A DNA stretch of 63,974 nt, counting the filler, from Stramenopiles sp. TOSAG23-2 (Eukaryota), in the NCBI GenBank assembly GCA_900128395.1. It is 3 parts of 3 records of this genome, joined end to end, with 100 filler letters (N's around TTAATTAATTAA, not from the genome) between each part and the next. Parts side by side here need not be neighbours in the genome. Positions count along the whole stretch, not along the records: positions 22,454 to 44,713 come from LT649516.1; positions 44,814 to 63,974 come from LT649588.1; 1 more part is not named here. The stretch is one strand, 5' to 3'. Within the stretch, counting starts at the first letter, position 1; each line of letters opens with the position of its first letter. Made by a program: the position numbers and the translations under genes. The notes beneath the pieces were generated by a model that worked only from the letters and a program-made list of their open reading frames with translations, searched no databases and had not been told where the DNA came from. This document shows positions 34,001-45,663 of the stretch, piece by piece.

Positions 34001-35990
34001 TCGTGTATTAAATTGTGGTGATCCCATGTTTACATGTAGTACTAAAGTTTCTGGCAGCATAAATCAAGGGAGAGGCGCATATGCTATTGTTACAGTCTAT
34101 GATGGTGGCGGTGGACCAAATGAACCAAATTTACGCACAGATCTAGTCCTTGCCGCGTATTTACCTGCAACATGTGAGCATCTCGTAGTACGTATAAACC
34201 GCGCAGAAGTCTCAATGTTTTTAAATAAATCTACAGATTGGTTTTCAGCAAATGATGTACATGATGGAAAAGCATCAATGCAATATATGCGTCCATATTG
34301 GCAAAAAAAAATCAGCCCAATAGTTCATAGATTGCAGATTCATTTACAAATGATAGGTGGTGAAAATTATATATCCCGTGACTTGTATTTAGATGTCGAT
34401 CGATGTATATTATCAAAAACAAAAGTAAAGGTGCCTTGTATAGAGGATCAAAAAGAATTTAATGATGGGTCATTCCCAAATAATGCTGCTATTGTAGTAC
34501 GTGTTGAACGTAGTACAAAAAAAGATACAAATAAAAAAAATGAAAAAAAAGAATACGATGCATCTGGAAATGTGATTGAAAAAAAATTAAGAGATTGGGA
34601 AATTCATGAAGGACCCCCTGGCTCTGAATTGATCATATTTGCAGTTACAGTTGTAAGTCGCAGACAAAATGGTGTGCGTGATACGATGCGTAAATCAATA
34701 TCACTTGCACATTTAACACGTCACTTAAAATTGCCGAAGAAACCAATGTTGATGGTGGCAGATGAGAAACGGGATGAGTTATGCAATGCAATTCTCAAGT
34801 CACTCCGTTTTGTCTATTTGAGTCCGGTTGAGGGAGACCCGACAGATGAAAATGGGAGATTTCGCCGATATACAAAAGCAGAAGCTATGATGGAAGCTGA
34901 ACTTGATTTTGTATTTAAATGGGCAAAGCCTTCACGTCGCCCAATAACATTTGTTGATCCATCAAAAGCACCATCTCCAGTTAAAGAATTACCATCACCA
35001 AAACAAATAGATGATAGCAAACAAGATGAAGAAGACTTAAAAATCGCTGAAGAATCTGCCGCTGTACAAATGCAACGAGTTTATCGTGGATTTAAAGATC
35101 GCAATGTTGTAAATTTAAAACGTGAAGAAATGGAAAAAGAAATGGCCAGGAAATTAAAAGAAGAACAGGAAAGAGAAGAAACGGAACGTCAATTGATGCA
35201 TCAAGAAGATATCTCTATGCGAAATTACATAAAAGAATTAGCAAAAAAGCAAAAAGAAGAGGATCGATTAAATAATCAATTTGCATACCGCGTTGTTAAA
35301 ACTAATGTTAACATTGATGGAAAGCGTGTATCGATAACGATAAATGTTACCGACAAGCCATCCTTGCATATTGCATTCATCGTTGTTGTACATGAACATT
35401 CGAATAAAAAATTACTTTTAACTTTAAGCGAAGGTGAAAAATTAGATGGTTTTATTGATCATTACTGCAATAATGACGAGGGTAGGCCAATAGTGGATAA
35501 TATTGTTGCTGGTTTGCAACAAAATGACTATCCTAACTTTGTAGATTTAATGGTAAAACATTTGCAACTATTTCATTCAAAGAAGAATAATGTAATGGTA
35601 TTGTCATTAAAAGCACCACTGGAAGATGCTGTTGATAAAGGCGACGTCGCAAAAACAATGATTACTCCAAAGCGTAAAGTGGAAGGAAAAACTACTATTG
35701 TTGATATTGATGCTGATTTAGATACAACTGATTTATTTTTGAAAGATGGATCTGTATTAAAAACTCCACCAGCAACACCATCATTTGTACCAACTCTTGA
35801 TATGGAAAGCGTAAAGAAAAGCAAACGTAGAAGGCGAAGGGTAAAATTAGGCATGCCTGCTAAAGGAGGAACACCAAAAAAAACAAATACAAATATTGAT
35901 TTGAAAAAGAAATTTGATAAAGTTGCAACTGATAAAAAGAAGAGGAAAAAAAAAAAAAAAAAATCTCCCACTAATGTGTTGATATTTTAG
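31094..35990 (+). CDS. Large hypothetical protein with N-terminal zinc ribbon, coiled coils and an IQ motif; true ATG at 31094, frame broken by a 127-bp duplication (31115-31368)
   Basis: CHKCG..FCPNCGE; MQRVYRGFKDR; removing one 127-bp copy puts ATG 31094 in frame with the 31425 ORF. Confidence 0.75.
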
Positions 35991-36597
35991 AGTACGAGTA
36001 TATTATATATAATATATATAAAAATATGATAAGAGAATTTTTTATATATATACTAGTGTGCTTTAAAAATAATAAAATTATCTTGATATCATATTATTTA
36101 ATTTTGACTATACGAATTCGTAGAGATATTAAAAATATACTCTCTTTTTGTGTGAAATTTTCTATGATACGTGATTCAATACAACTTTTGTGATAATATT
36201 TTAAAACATATTTAAAACCGAGATGAGCTGTGAAAAAAAAATGTAAAATACGGTTGTATATACTCGTATATATAATAATACGCGTATTTTTTATTAGCTT
36301 GAAAATATGATAATTTTGTTGTATATAAATCATAGTTTCAAATAATATGACTTCATGTGACATGATGAAATATCGCGCTACTAATTTATAGTAAACAAGA
36401 TATTGTCGATTCAAATAATGATTGATCCGTTATAGTAGAATAAGAAGCTTTTAAATTTATAATCCTTTGCATGTTGGTTTTATGCCAAAGAAAATGAACA
36501 AGCAGAAAATTCTATGCATATACAAATCTCTGTTGTGATTAGAACATAGATAGTGTATTATATTTTCATATTACACTAATCTCATGCTTTTATTTTT

Positions 36598-38433
36598 TTA
36601 TGCATCTGCATTTTTATCAGTAGCATCTTGAACAGCAGCATCCGTGAAATCTGCTGCTTTTGCTGTTGCACCCCAACTTCCGAAAATCGTGTCTTGTTGG
36701 TATTCTTGACTTTTTGCTAAATGGCCATATTTTTGATCTGCAATCATGAAAAATACCATAAGCAATATAATAGCAGGCGCAGCGACATAGAGCCAATGTG
36801 CGCCAGGCATCATAGTAGGATCTGCATTACATGCTGCGACATGGCTTGGGTAAATAACTGCTGCTAAAATAGACCCAACAAGCTTGAAAGATGCTTCTCC
36901 TGTCTTCCATGCACCTCCAAGTGGACCAGTGTCTTTCGGGCCACCTTGTGAGTTGTATAATGCTAACATACTGCTTTGCACACAACCATTTCCCATATAA
37001 CATAAACCACCAATGAAGACGACAATCATACCAGTTGGTTGCGAAGTTGCCGTATCATTTGGTCCTTTTCTTGTCAATGCAAGCATTAAAATTGCAGTCC
37101 ACAGGACAGGATACCCCCAATAAATAGAACGGCGGAATCCAATTCTTGAAACAATGCATTTTATTGCAATCAACTGTGCGATGAAAATCACTATAACTGC
37201 CATCATCACGATGACAATGTTTACGCCATAATTCCATAACATGTAATGGAGGGCTACACTTTCCCAGTAAGCGAAGAAAAGTGCATACATTGCATTTGCC
37301 AGCCATAAAAAGAAGGTATACATTCCCATTTTCATTGGGACAACCAAAGAGGAAAAGAACAAATAGTCCATAGGATTCCCACAGCATTTCTTTTTTTTCT
37401 CTTCCGTTAATGGTTCGACTAGCATTAGTCCACCCATAACAGTACCAATTGTCCCAAATACGATACCAGAGACAAACATTGCAATCAAGAATGCAGGTGC
37501 AGATTTCGCTCCGACGTATAAAACTATCAAGCCAAGCAACCCAAAAAAATAACCAAAGCCAAGGCCACCAGCAAAACCAAATGCTCGCATATGCGCATAA
37601 TTTTTAACGAATGAGTTGAAATCAACTGATACATCAACAACAAATGAACTTGCAACAATTCCAAATGGAGAGCACATACCAATTATGCCTTGGCTTATAA
37701 TATAAAATACTTGTCCATCGAAATGACTTCCATCAGCAGCATCTTCGATGACACATTGATCCACACAAAGCTTTTCCGCCGTCGTTTCATTTGCAGCAAA
37801 TTTCTCTGCATAACATGGTTTATAGCATGTCTCCCAAGTATCGGCTTTCGACGTCAGGAAACCAAGCAACATAAAGAAAGACCCAAGAGCATATCCCATC
37901 AATGCAACGAATACAAGCTTCTTTCGACCTAATGCTTGTCCAATTCTATATATGCGTATATGCGGGTTTGTTAGAAAATGTATATATTTTGTTATAAAAT
38001 GAATTCCAATACATAGAAGATAATTTAAATAATAAAAACAAATTATTAAAGTGGTTTAATGATAATGATAAGTATAGAGGATTATTATTATATCACGGTT
38101 TAGGTTGTTGTTAAGATGATTTAATAATGGAGTATATTGAGTGTTTATTACTTACTCTCCAAAAGCCGTACCAGTCAATAAATTAATCGAACGCTGGGCC
38201 AAAATAATGCTAGTAGTGAAACCAGCAAATATTACAAACTTCTCACCTATTTTCGGATCCTTGCTTGTAATAGTACTTGGTGAAATAGTTGATGTGATAA
38301 TATAACCAATACTAAAACGGAACCCTATGGAATAGGTAACAATGTAACAAATTGCTGTTAAGATTTGTGCTCTTGTGAGCCACTTGACTTGGTTGATTTC
38401 ATGTTTCTTTGCATCAGTCACTTTATCAGCCAT
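36598..38433 (-). CDS. MFS transporter (DHA1/TetA/MFSD14-like); exons 38433-38156, 37945-36598
   Basis: About 12 hydrophobic segments; splicing out intron 37946-38155 (GTAAGT..CTAAC..TAG) gives the motif-A-like GEIGQALGRK. Confidence 0.82.
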
Positions 38434-38478
38434 GATGATATATATCAATGAATTAAATAATAATGTAAATAATGTTAT

Positions 38479-39615
38479 TTGCTTTTATTATTTTATGTTC
38501 TAATTGAAGTGGGTTGTATTTATTCTATTATTATTGCTTCTGAACGTTCACAGCAGAAAATATATTCAGGCGTTGTTAAATCGTATTTTGGTGAACGTTT
38601 TGGTTTTATTTTTGCTATTGTAATTGCAGTGTATTGCTTTTTCACATGCGCGGGTGGCTTTATTATCGTAAAAAATGTTATTTCACCAATATTATTGTTA
38701 GAAACAAATGATAAAACATTGTGGTGGAATTCACAATATATGCAAGTTTTCATTGCAGGTATTATTGTTTTGCCATTTTTACTTTTAAGACATATTACAT
38801 CATTACGTTTTACTGCTCAATTATCATTTTATTGCATTATATTTGTTGTCGGTGTAGTCGTAGCAGAATATTATTTAAGACCATCTACGGATTTTAAAGA
38901 TTCAATATTAGGACCATTAGATAAATTTGGAGAATTTCCATCATTTATTTTAGCGATTCCAAATATTTTTTTAAGTTTACAATCACATGTAAATATTCCA
39001 TCAATATATGCGGAAATGAAACCATCAATACGCTCTGCAAATAATATGTTATTGGCCGCTGTTCTTGCATATACGCTTGTATTCATTTTATATAGTTTGA
39101 TTGGAGTATATGGCGTGATGACATTTAGACGTTTAACATTACCAAATATTTTAGAATGTGCATATGATCCATCAAAAATAACTATTATTGTTGCACGAAT
39201 CTGTTTAGCTATTACAGGTTTATTTTCAATTCCTGTTAATCATCATCCATCAAGAGAAGCAACATGGCAAATTATAAGTGGTGGCAAATCAAGTGATAAA
39301 ATGACAAAATCCTTTCTTGTTACTGCAACTATTGTTTTTTTCATATTAGCAATGGGACTTGCCGTTTTCATAAATGAATTAAGTACATTGAATGATTTAA
39401 GAGGAATGACAATTGGTGTGATTATTATTTTCATCTTGCCAGGATTTTTTCTATTACATGAAAGTAAATGTTCCATTGTTGGAATGATTTATGTCCTTGT
39501 TGGCATTTTATCTTTTTTAGTTTCTGCATATTCATTTGTTGGTACGAAATTTTATGATTTAACACCAATGGAAATACCAAAATATATTCCAACCTCTGGA
39601 AATATTACACGGTAA
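38479..39615 (+). CDS. Amino acid transporter, AAAP/SLC38 family, apparently lacking TM1
   Basis: LRHITSLRFT, AIPNIFLSLQSHVNIPSIYAEM, GVYGVMTF, IPVNHHPSRE, FILPGFF; no ATG or GxG TM1 motif at the 5' end. Confidence 0.8.
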   Translation: MLLLFYVLIEVGCIYSIIIASERSQQKIYSGVVKSYFGERFGFIFAIVIAVYCFFTCAGGFIIVKNVISPILLLETNDKTLWWNSQYMQVFIAGIIVLPFLLLRHITSLRFTAQLSFYCIIFVVGVVVAEYYLRPSTDFKDSILGPLDKFGEFPSFILAIPNIFLSLQSHVNIPSIYAEMKPSIRSANNMLLAAVLAYTLVFILYSLIGVYGVMTFRRLTLPNILECAYDPSKITIIVARICLAITGLFSIPVNHHPSREATWQIISGGKSSDKMTKSFLVTATIVFFILAMGLAVFINELSTLNDLRGMTIGVIIIFILPGFFLLHESKCSIVGMIYVLVGILSFLVSAYSFVGTKFYDLTPMEIPKYIPTSGNITR

Positions 39616-39730
39616 AGTTGAGTTTTAGTTTCTGCATATTCATTTGTTGGTACGAAATTTTATGATTTAACACCAATGGAAATACCAAAATATATTCCAA
39701 CCTCTGGAAATATTACACGGTAAAGTTGAG
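39515..39730. repeat. Exact 108-bp tandem duplication of the transporter 3' end
   Basis: Identical adjacent copies. Confidence 0.88.
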
Positions 39731-40067
39731 ATACTATCATATGTATATATATATATATTACTTATATATGTTAAAATAGAAATCATCATATGGAGAAAGG
39801 ATATTTTGTAGTCCCGAGTAGTAAATCCTTTTTGTTAATTTTTTTATAAAAAATATTTTATATTTTATTTTTTTTATAGTTAGTAGTGCCGGCCGGCCTG
39901 ACGACGATATATTATATATGATGATGGGTGCCTTCTGTCTTTTACCCACCACAATTCAATAATAATAAAATAAAATAAAGTTACACACACACTTTTTATT
40001 TTGTTTGCATAACAACAAGAAGATACATTATTACACTATACATGTACAATAAACTAATAACAACGAA

Positions 40068-41587
40068 ATGAATAATATTATCAAATTTACGAAAAAATAT
40101 TGGAAAACTAATTTATTGATTGGTGGAACTGTTGTGTTATATGCTTTGATTAAAAATAATTTAGAAAAGAATAAATTTATTGATAATCGTTGTATATATA
40201 ATAAGAATGGAAAAAATAATAAAAAGATATACCAGATATTATCCAATTGTCCTACAGTAATGAAGCCTGGCTATGTCCCAAGTGTATTTGCATATAATCA
40301 ATGGATAAATACATTATGTTTTTTGATTCGACTTAGAGTCAATGCATATTTATACAAACACAATATACGACGTCAACTAATTAAATGTCCAGATGATAAT
40401 GGTGAAGTAAGTAATTATAAAATGTTCTATAGATTCCCTATATAAAAGACAACCTTCCCTAACACATTACTCATTCATCCACTACGGTCTACACAGGTTG
40501 CAATAGATTGGTATGAAGATGAACAAACAAAACAATTACCGGAAAATGCACCTATCTTAATTTTTTTGCATACTATTTCAGGATCATCTGAAACAACTTG
40601 TTACTTTTCAAAAGATGCTGCAAAACGTGGATATCGTACCTGTGTCTTTGTTAGACGTGTGCATACTATTTCAGGATCATCTGAAACAACTTGTTACTTT
40701 TCAAAAGATGCTGCAAAACGTGGATATCGTACCTGTGTCTTTGTTAGACGTGGGCATTTAGGAAATGGCGCACAATTAAAATCACCAAGATTTAATTTTA
40801 TGGGCGATAAAGAAGATGTGAAATTATGTTGTGAACACGTCAAAGCAAAATATAAAGACAAAAATGTATGGATAGGTATGATAGGAATTTCAGCTGGATC
40901 TGGATTACTCATATCATATTTAGGGCAAGAATATAAAGATACCCCAATTTCTGCTGCATGTTGTTTATGTCCTGCATATGCATTGTTCCCTGGATTGAAA
41001 AATTTACGTGATCAATATAAATTTGCTGATAATTATGTATTGAAAAGTGTTAAAAATAAGTTTTTGTATGGAAATGACACGTCGAAAATATTGAAAAAAT
41101 ATGATTACAATGCATATAAAAATTGTGAAAATGCAACATCTCTTTATGAATTTGCACAAGTGGCATATAAATTTGCAGGATGTGAAACATTAAAGGAATA
41201 TAATAAATTGCATGATCCAATGCAACATTTTAAAAATATAAATATTCCCGTCTTTGTATTGAATTCTGATGATGATATGTGTTGTGTGAAAGATAATGTA
41301 AGAGAAGATTTAGCAAATGAATTGCCTAATTTTGCCTTGGTTCGAACAAAATATGGCGGTCACATTGCGTATAGCGAAGGTTTATTTGCTGAAAGTACAT
41401 ACATGTCACGTATCTCATTGGATTGGATGGATTCTTGTTTTGAATATGATAGAGGTATATCCATATTCTTTAATAATAATACGATGTTGAAAGTACATAC
41501 ATGTCACGTATCTCATTGGATTGGATGGATTCTTGTTTTGAATATGATAGAGGTATATCCATATTCTTTAATAATAATACGATGTAG
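40068..41587 (+). CDS. ABHD1/2/3 (YheT/EHT1)-type alpha/beta hydrolase; exons 40068-40406 and 40497-end; contains 93-bp (40567-40752) and 98-bp (41390-41585) duplications
   Basis: Splicing gives DNGEVAIDW; nucleophile GISAG, acid NSDDDMC, His GGHIAY; N-terminal hydrophobic anchor; collapsed end NNNTM-stop. Confidence 0.85.
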
Positions 41588-42128
41588 GATTTATTATTTG
41601 AAGGAGGCTGAATCGAAATAATATGATACACAAAAAAGAGAGAGAGAGAATGAGAGAGAAGGAAAAAAAATAATTTAATATCTCATGTACCGAAGTTTGT
41701 AAAAAATAATATTCAACACGTATTTAACGTATAATATTACTCTACGAGAGTATAAATTAAAATTTACGCATACATTTCATTTTTCAATTTGATCATGTGA
41801 TAATTCTTAGAGACGCTTCGTATAAATCAACTGAGGCAATAATATTAAAAAATCTATCTCACACACTAGGGTGTTGATATTCTCATATCATATGATAATA
41901 TATTATGCATAGCATAGGCATATTATATAATATGATGACAAACACACAAGAAGCACCTATGATACATATTAATAATCAAAACATTTTAAACGAAAAATAC
42001 CGGTTCGTACGTGACGCGCGACTATTTAAACTGCTATTACACAACCATTTCCACTACTAACAACTTTCATCTGATCATTATACAATATATAATCAAATGA
42101 AATACGATTGTTTTCGTTGATGTTTGTT

Positions 42129-43126
42129 TTAAACTGCTATTACACAACCATTTCCACTACTAACAACTTTCATCTGATCATTATACAATATATAATCAAA
42201 TGAAATACGATTGTTTTCGTTGATGTTTGTAATATTGATTAATTCTAATCCAATCACTTTATATTTTTTCATATCAAATAAATTTTCAAACAGCAAAACA
42301 TTATCAGCACTATGAGGTAAGCACATTTTACGATATTTATCCCAAACAAATTTTAATATTAATTGCATTGCCCCATCATAAAATTTATCAATTTGGACAT
42401 TTGATGTATTGAATTCTGCTATTCCTTTGATACTATTATCAGTAATATCTCCTACTTTTCTTAATAATTGAAATGATGGCCCGTGAAATAATGCGGGACA
42501 ATCATAAATATTACATATCAAAGGCGTTGCGATAAAATCCCAAATAGCGCTGTATGATGAGGGTGGTACCATTTGCTTTGAGCTGCTAATAACATTGTTT
42601 ATATCATTCGTAAATATTCTAGAATCATCCTTATTAGGTGCTAATTCAACCTCTAATGAATATAATGGCTGTATGATGAGGGTGGTACCATTTGCTTTGA
42701 GCTGCTAATAACATTGTTTATATCATTCGTAAATATTCTAGAATCATCCTTATTAGGTGCTAATTCAACCTCTAATGAATATAATGGCAACCATAGAAAT
42801 TGAGGCTTTGTTGCCTTTTCATTCTTTTGCTTTAATATACATTTCAATTTATTTCTATTTGCTGTCGTTTCTATTATTTTTAACTGTAGTTCTATAAGTT
42901 TTTCACGCCATATAATCCCTTTAAACAAACGTATGTTTGTTACTTTAGCAATAGTATTTCGCTCATCATAAACACATGAAACGAATTTTAATATTTTACA
43001 GACCGCTGTCATAAAAGGCATAACGCAATTATCTTTAATTTTATGATCTATTGAAAAATCAGATTCATTCAATGATAAATATATTTCACTTTGCTTAATG
43101 GCTTGTTTTTTCAATGCAAGATTCAT
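42129..43126 (-). CDS. Stand-alone PKS-type double-hotdog dehydratase (PfaA C-terminal DH-like), about 292 aa after collapsing a 119-bp duplication (42549-42786)
   Basis: DHKIKDNCVMP (HxxxGxxxxP-like), LFHGPSFQ, YDGAMQ (DxxxQ), CLP; 3' end also duplicated (103 bp, 42025-42230). Confidence 0.75.
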
Positions 43127-43971
43127 CTTCCTTACGTCAAATGAAGAAAATGTTTTATTGTGGTATTTACTATACAGTAACTCAAAAACAAAAGTTATTA
43201 TTTGCAAAAACACGACTATTATATGTGGTAACAGTAGCACAATTATCTTGTTGCAACGATGATATGACTTTTTTTTGTTGTTGATACGAAGTAAAAGGAG
43301 ATGGTGAGATGTACACACATATATGATCTCTTGTAATTAAGATATTTAGGGTATATTATTGAAATTATAGTGGACAGAACTCATCATTTTTTACAATATA
43401 TAATAACATGTAAATAGGATTGGCTTCGGCAATACGTCACAAAAAAAAAAAGACGACGCATGAGCTAAAAACCACGCTGAAAATTGCCCTATTATAAATA
43501 CGAAAATTAGAATACGATAGCTGATAGGAGAGGAAAAAGGCATAAAACACCTTAAACCTACTTTTTTTTTTTTTTTGGATTTATCAGCAGGAGCTCTCTG
43601 GATTATTTTATACGATAAGAAAAATCAAATATTTATTTTGCCTCCTATGGCTATGCTAATAGAAGAGCGGATCTATGGCTTCGTGAAGCTGGCAAGGGAA
43701 TACCATTAGAGAAAAGAGGGCTATGATATATGATCGTTGGCCAGCTGGGCCAGGTGCAGGTTATATATTCGTTCAAAAACAAATATGAACTAAAAAGTAC
43801 ATGTATATATAATATTTAATACATGAAATTTACAAATGTAGACGACAAGTGATTGAAACAAACATACAATATATCATATCATATCAATATTTATTATTAT
43901 TTGTTCATATTTTTTGAAACAAAAAAATTAAATAATATATTATATTATATAACAGTAATTTATTACCAACT

Positions 43972-44568
43972 ATGTCGGATAGTAACAAGAAACGTGTTGC
44001 ATTTCAATTACGTTCCTCCTATGGATATTCTGCAATTAATAACACTGCAGGGTCAAAGAAAAGATTATTAACTGTAATTGGGGAAAAAGAAGAGAAAGGT
44101 GAGAAGACGGAGCAATCAAGCACCATTTCGTCTCAAACATCTTCAACAACATCTGGTATTCAAACAGATAATTCATTATTTCAACGTAAGAAACCTATTG
44201 TACCATTGTTTACTTCTGATGTTCCGAAACGTCCATCATTTATTGGCGATGCATATAGTGAAATTACTGATGCCGGATATTATAAAAAAAGCGATATGAT
44301 TGGTAGAAACTACTCTATGACAGCAAGGGGATTAACGTTACGTGCTGTAGAAGCAGTATTGCATAAAGGCAAGCGAATACAAGAAGCGCTTGAGACAGGT
44401 GTTGTATCGATTTGTCAACGTGCAAAGTGTATCCTCGAAGAAAGATTAATGACAAAATCATTAAATAGAGAACAACGTGAAAAAGATAATAAAAGTTTAA
44501 CGATTTGGTTTAAAGCTCGAGGTAGTATTGTATCCGTTGTGAAACCACAAGGTTATATATATCGATAA
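43972..44568 (+). CDS. Hypothetical protein
   Basis: 198-aa ORF with coding-like composition, divergent from the DH gene. Confidence 0.55.
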   Translation: MSDSNKKRVAFQLRSSYGYSAINNTAGSKKRLLTVIGEKEEKGEKTEQSSTISSQTSSTTSGIQTDNSLFQRKKPIVPLFTSDVPKRPSFIGDAYSEITDAGYYKKSDMIGRNYSMTARGLTLRAVEAVLHKGKRIQEALETGVVSICQRAKCILEERLMTKSLNREQREKDNKSLTIWFKARGSIVSVVKPQGYIYR

Positions 44569-44713
44569 GGGTTTCTGGAGAGTAGGATGATAGATTTATA
44601 ATATATGACACATCATATATAAATATTTTATAATATTTACGTCCCTATACGTAATATATGGCAGCCAAAAAGATCAGACCAGCCATTTTTTACTGTTTTA
44701 TTGATAGGGAAAT

Positions 44714-44813
44714 NNNNNNNNNNNNNNNNNNNNNNNNNNNNNNNNNNNNNNNNNNNNTTAATTAATTAANNNNNNNNNNNNNNNNNNNNNNNNNNNNNNN
44801 NNNNNNNNNNNNN
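44714..44813. other. Artificial contig-joining linker N44-TTAATTAATTAA-N44
   Basis: Same 100-bp cassette as 22354-22453. Confidence 0.97.
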
Positions 44814-45517
44814 AAAAGCTGAGAAAGAGCTATTAGAAGATAACACAAATAAACTTATAGAAGTTGTACGTAATGAACGATTCTATACAAAACAAAAAAC
44901 TTAGTTGTCTTTACCGTCCACTTTAAATCGATCAACATTTTTGAGGTTCCATTAAATGAAGGTTGGTCACAGCATGATACAAAATATTTAACTCATTTAG
45001 TAAAACACTTAGATAGTAATGAACGCATTATAAATTCAGCAAGTGGAGGAAATGATTTTTATTATACTGGTGACTTTGTTGACACTCATACATATCCAGA
45101 ACCACCACAAAATGCATTAACAACACAACCATTAGTAAATGCAAAGTTTAGTTTGGTAATCGAGCTAAATTTATTGGCGAATGGGGTGGGTTTCAAATTC
45201 CTAATGTAGTAGAACATTCATGGGATAAATTAGCATCTGAACAAGGATGGGGATATGCAAAGTTGAAATCAAAAGAAGAATTAACGAAAAAATATGTCAC
45301 AGCAATCAATGGTATGATGTCAGAGTTAGCAAAAGGTGGTTTATGTGGATGTATTTATACACAAACTACAGATGTTGAGGAAGAAATAAATGGATTGATG
45401 ACATATGATCGAATATTAAAAGTGGATTTTAAAGAAGTTTTTGATGCAAATGAAAATATTAATTTAATGGTAGAGAGGTTGGAGGATGATGCAATTAGTA
45501 CAAGATCTAAAATGTAA
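44814..45517 (+). pseudogene. 3' fragment of a GH2 glycoside hydrolase, disrupted (pseudogene or low-quality contig end)
   Basis: VPLNEGWSQ..NSASGGN..VDTHTYPEP in one frame from 44946; FIGEWGG..WGY..IYTQTTDVEEEINGLMTYDR in another; frameshift near 45150; stop and missing HPSI..W segment at about 44875-44945. Confidence 0.75.
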
Positions 45518-45663
45518 AAGTTCGTTTTTTGTTATGCACCTCTCAACACGCTTTCTCTTCCCATAATTCTTCCATCTTAATACACACACACACAAATGCA
45601 CCATGATATGAAAAAAATATACGTACGAAGTATATATTTAATATTTATAAGAGATCTGGTGTT

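Noticed and set aside
43127-43318. N-terminal TM extension of the dehydratase
   Set aside because: AT-rich, UTR-like composition; the ATG at 43126 gives a complete DH-sized domain. Not fully excluded.
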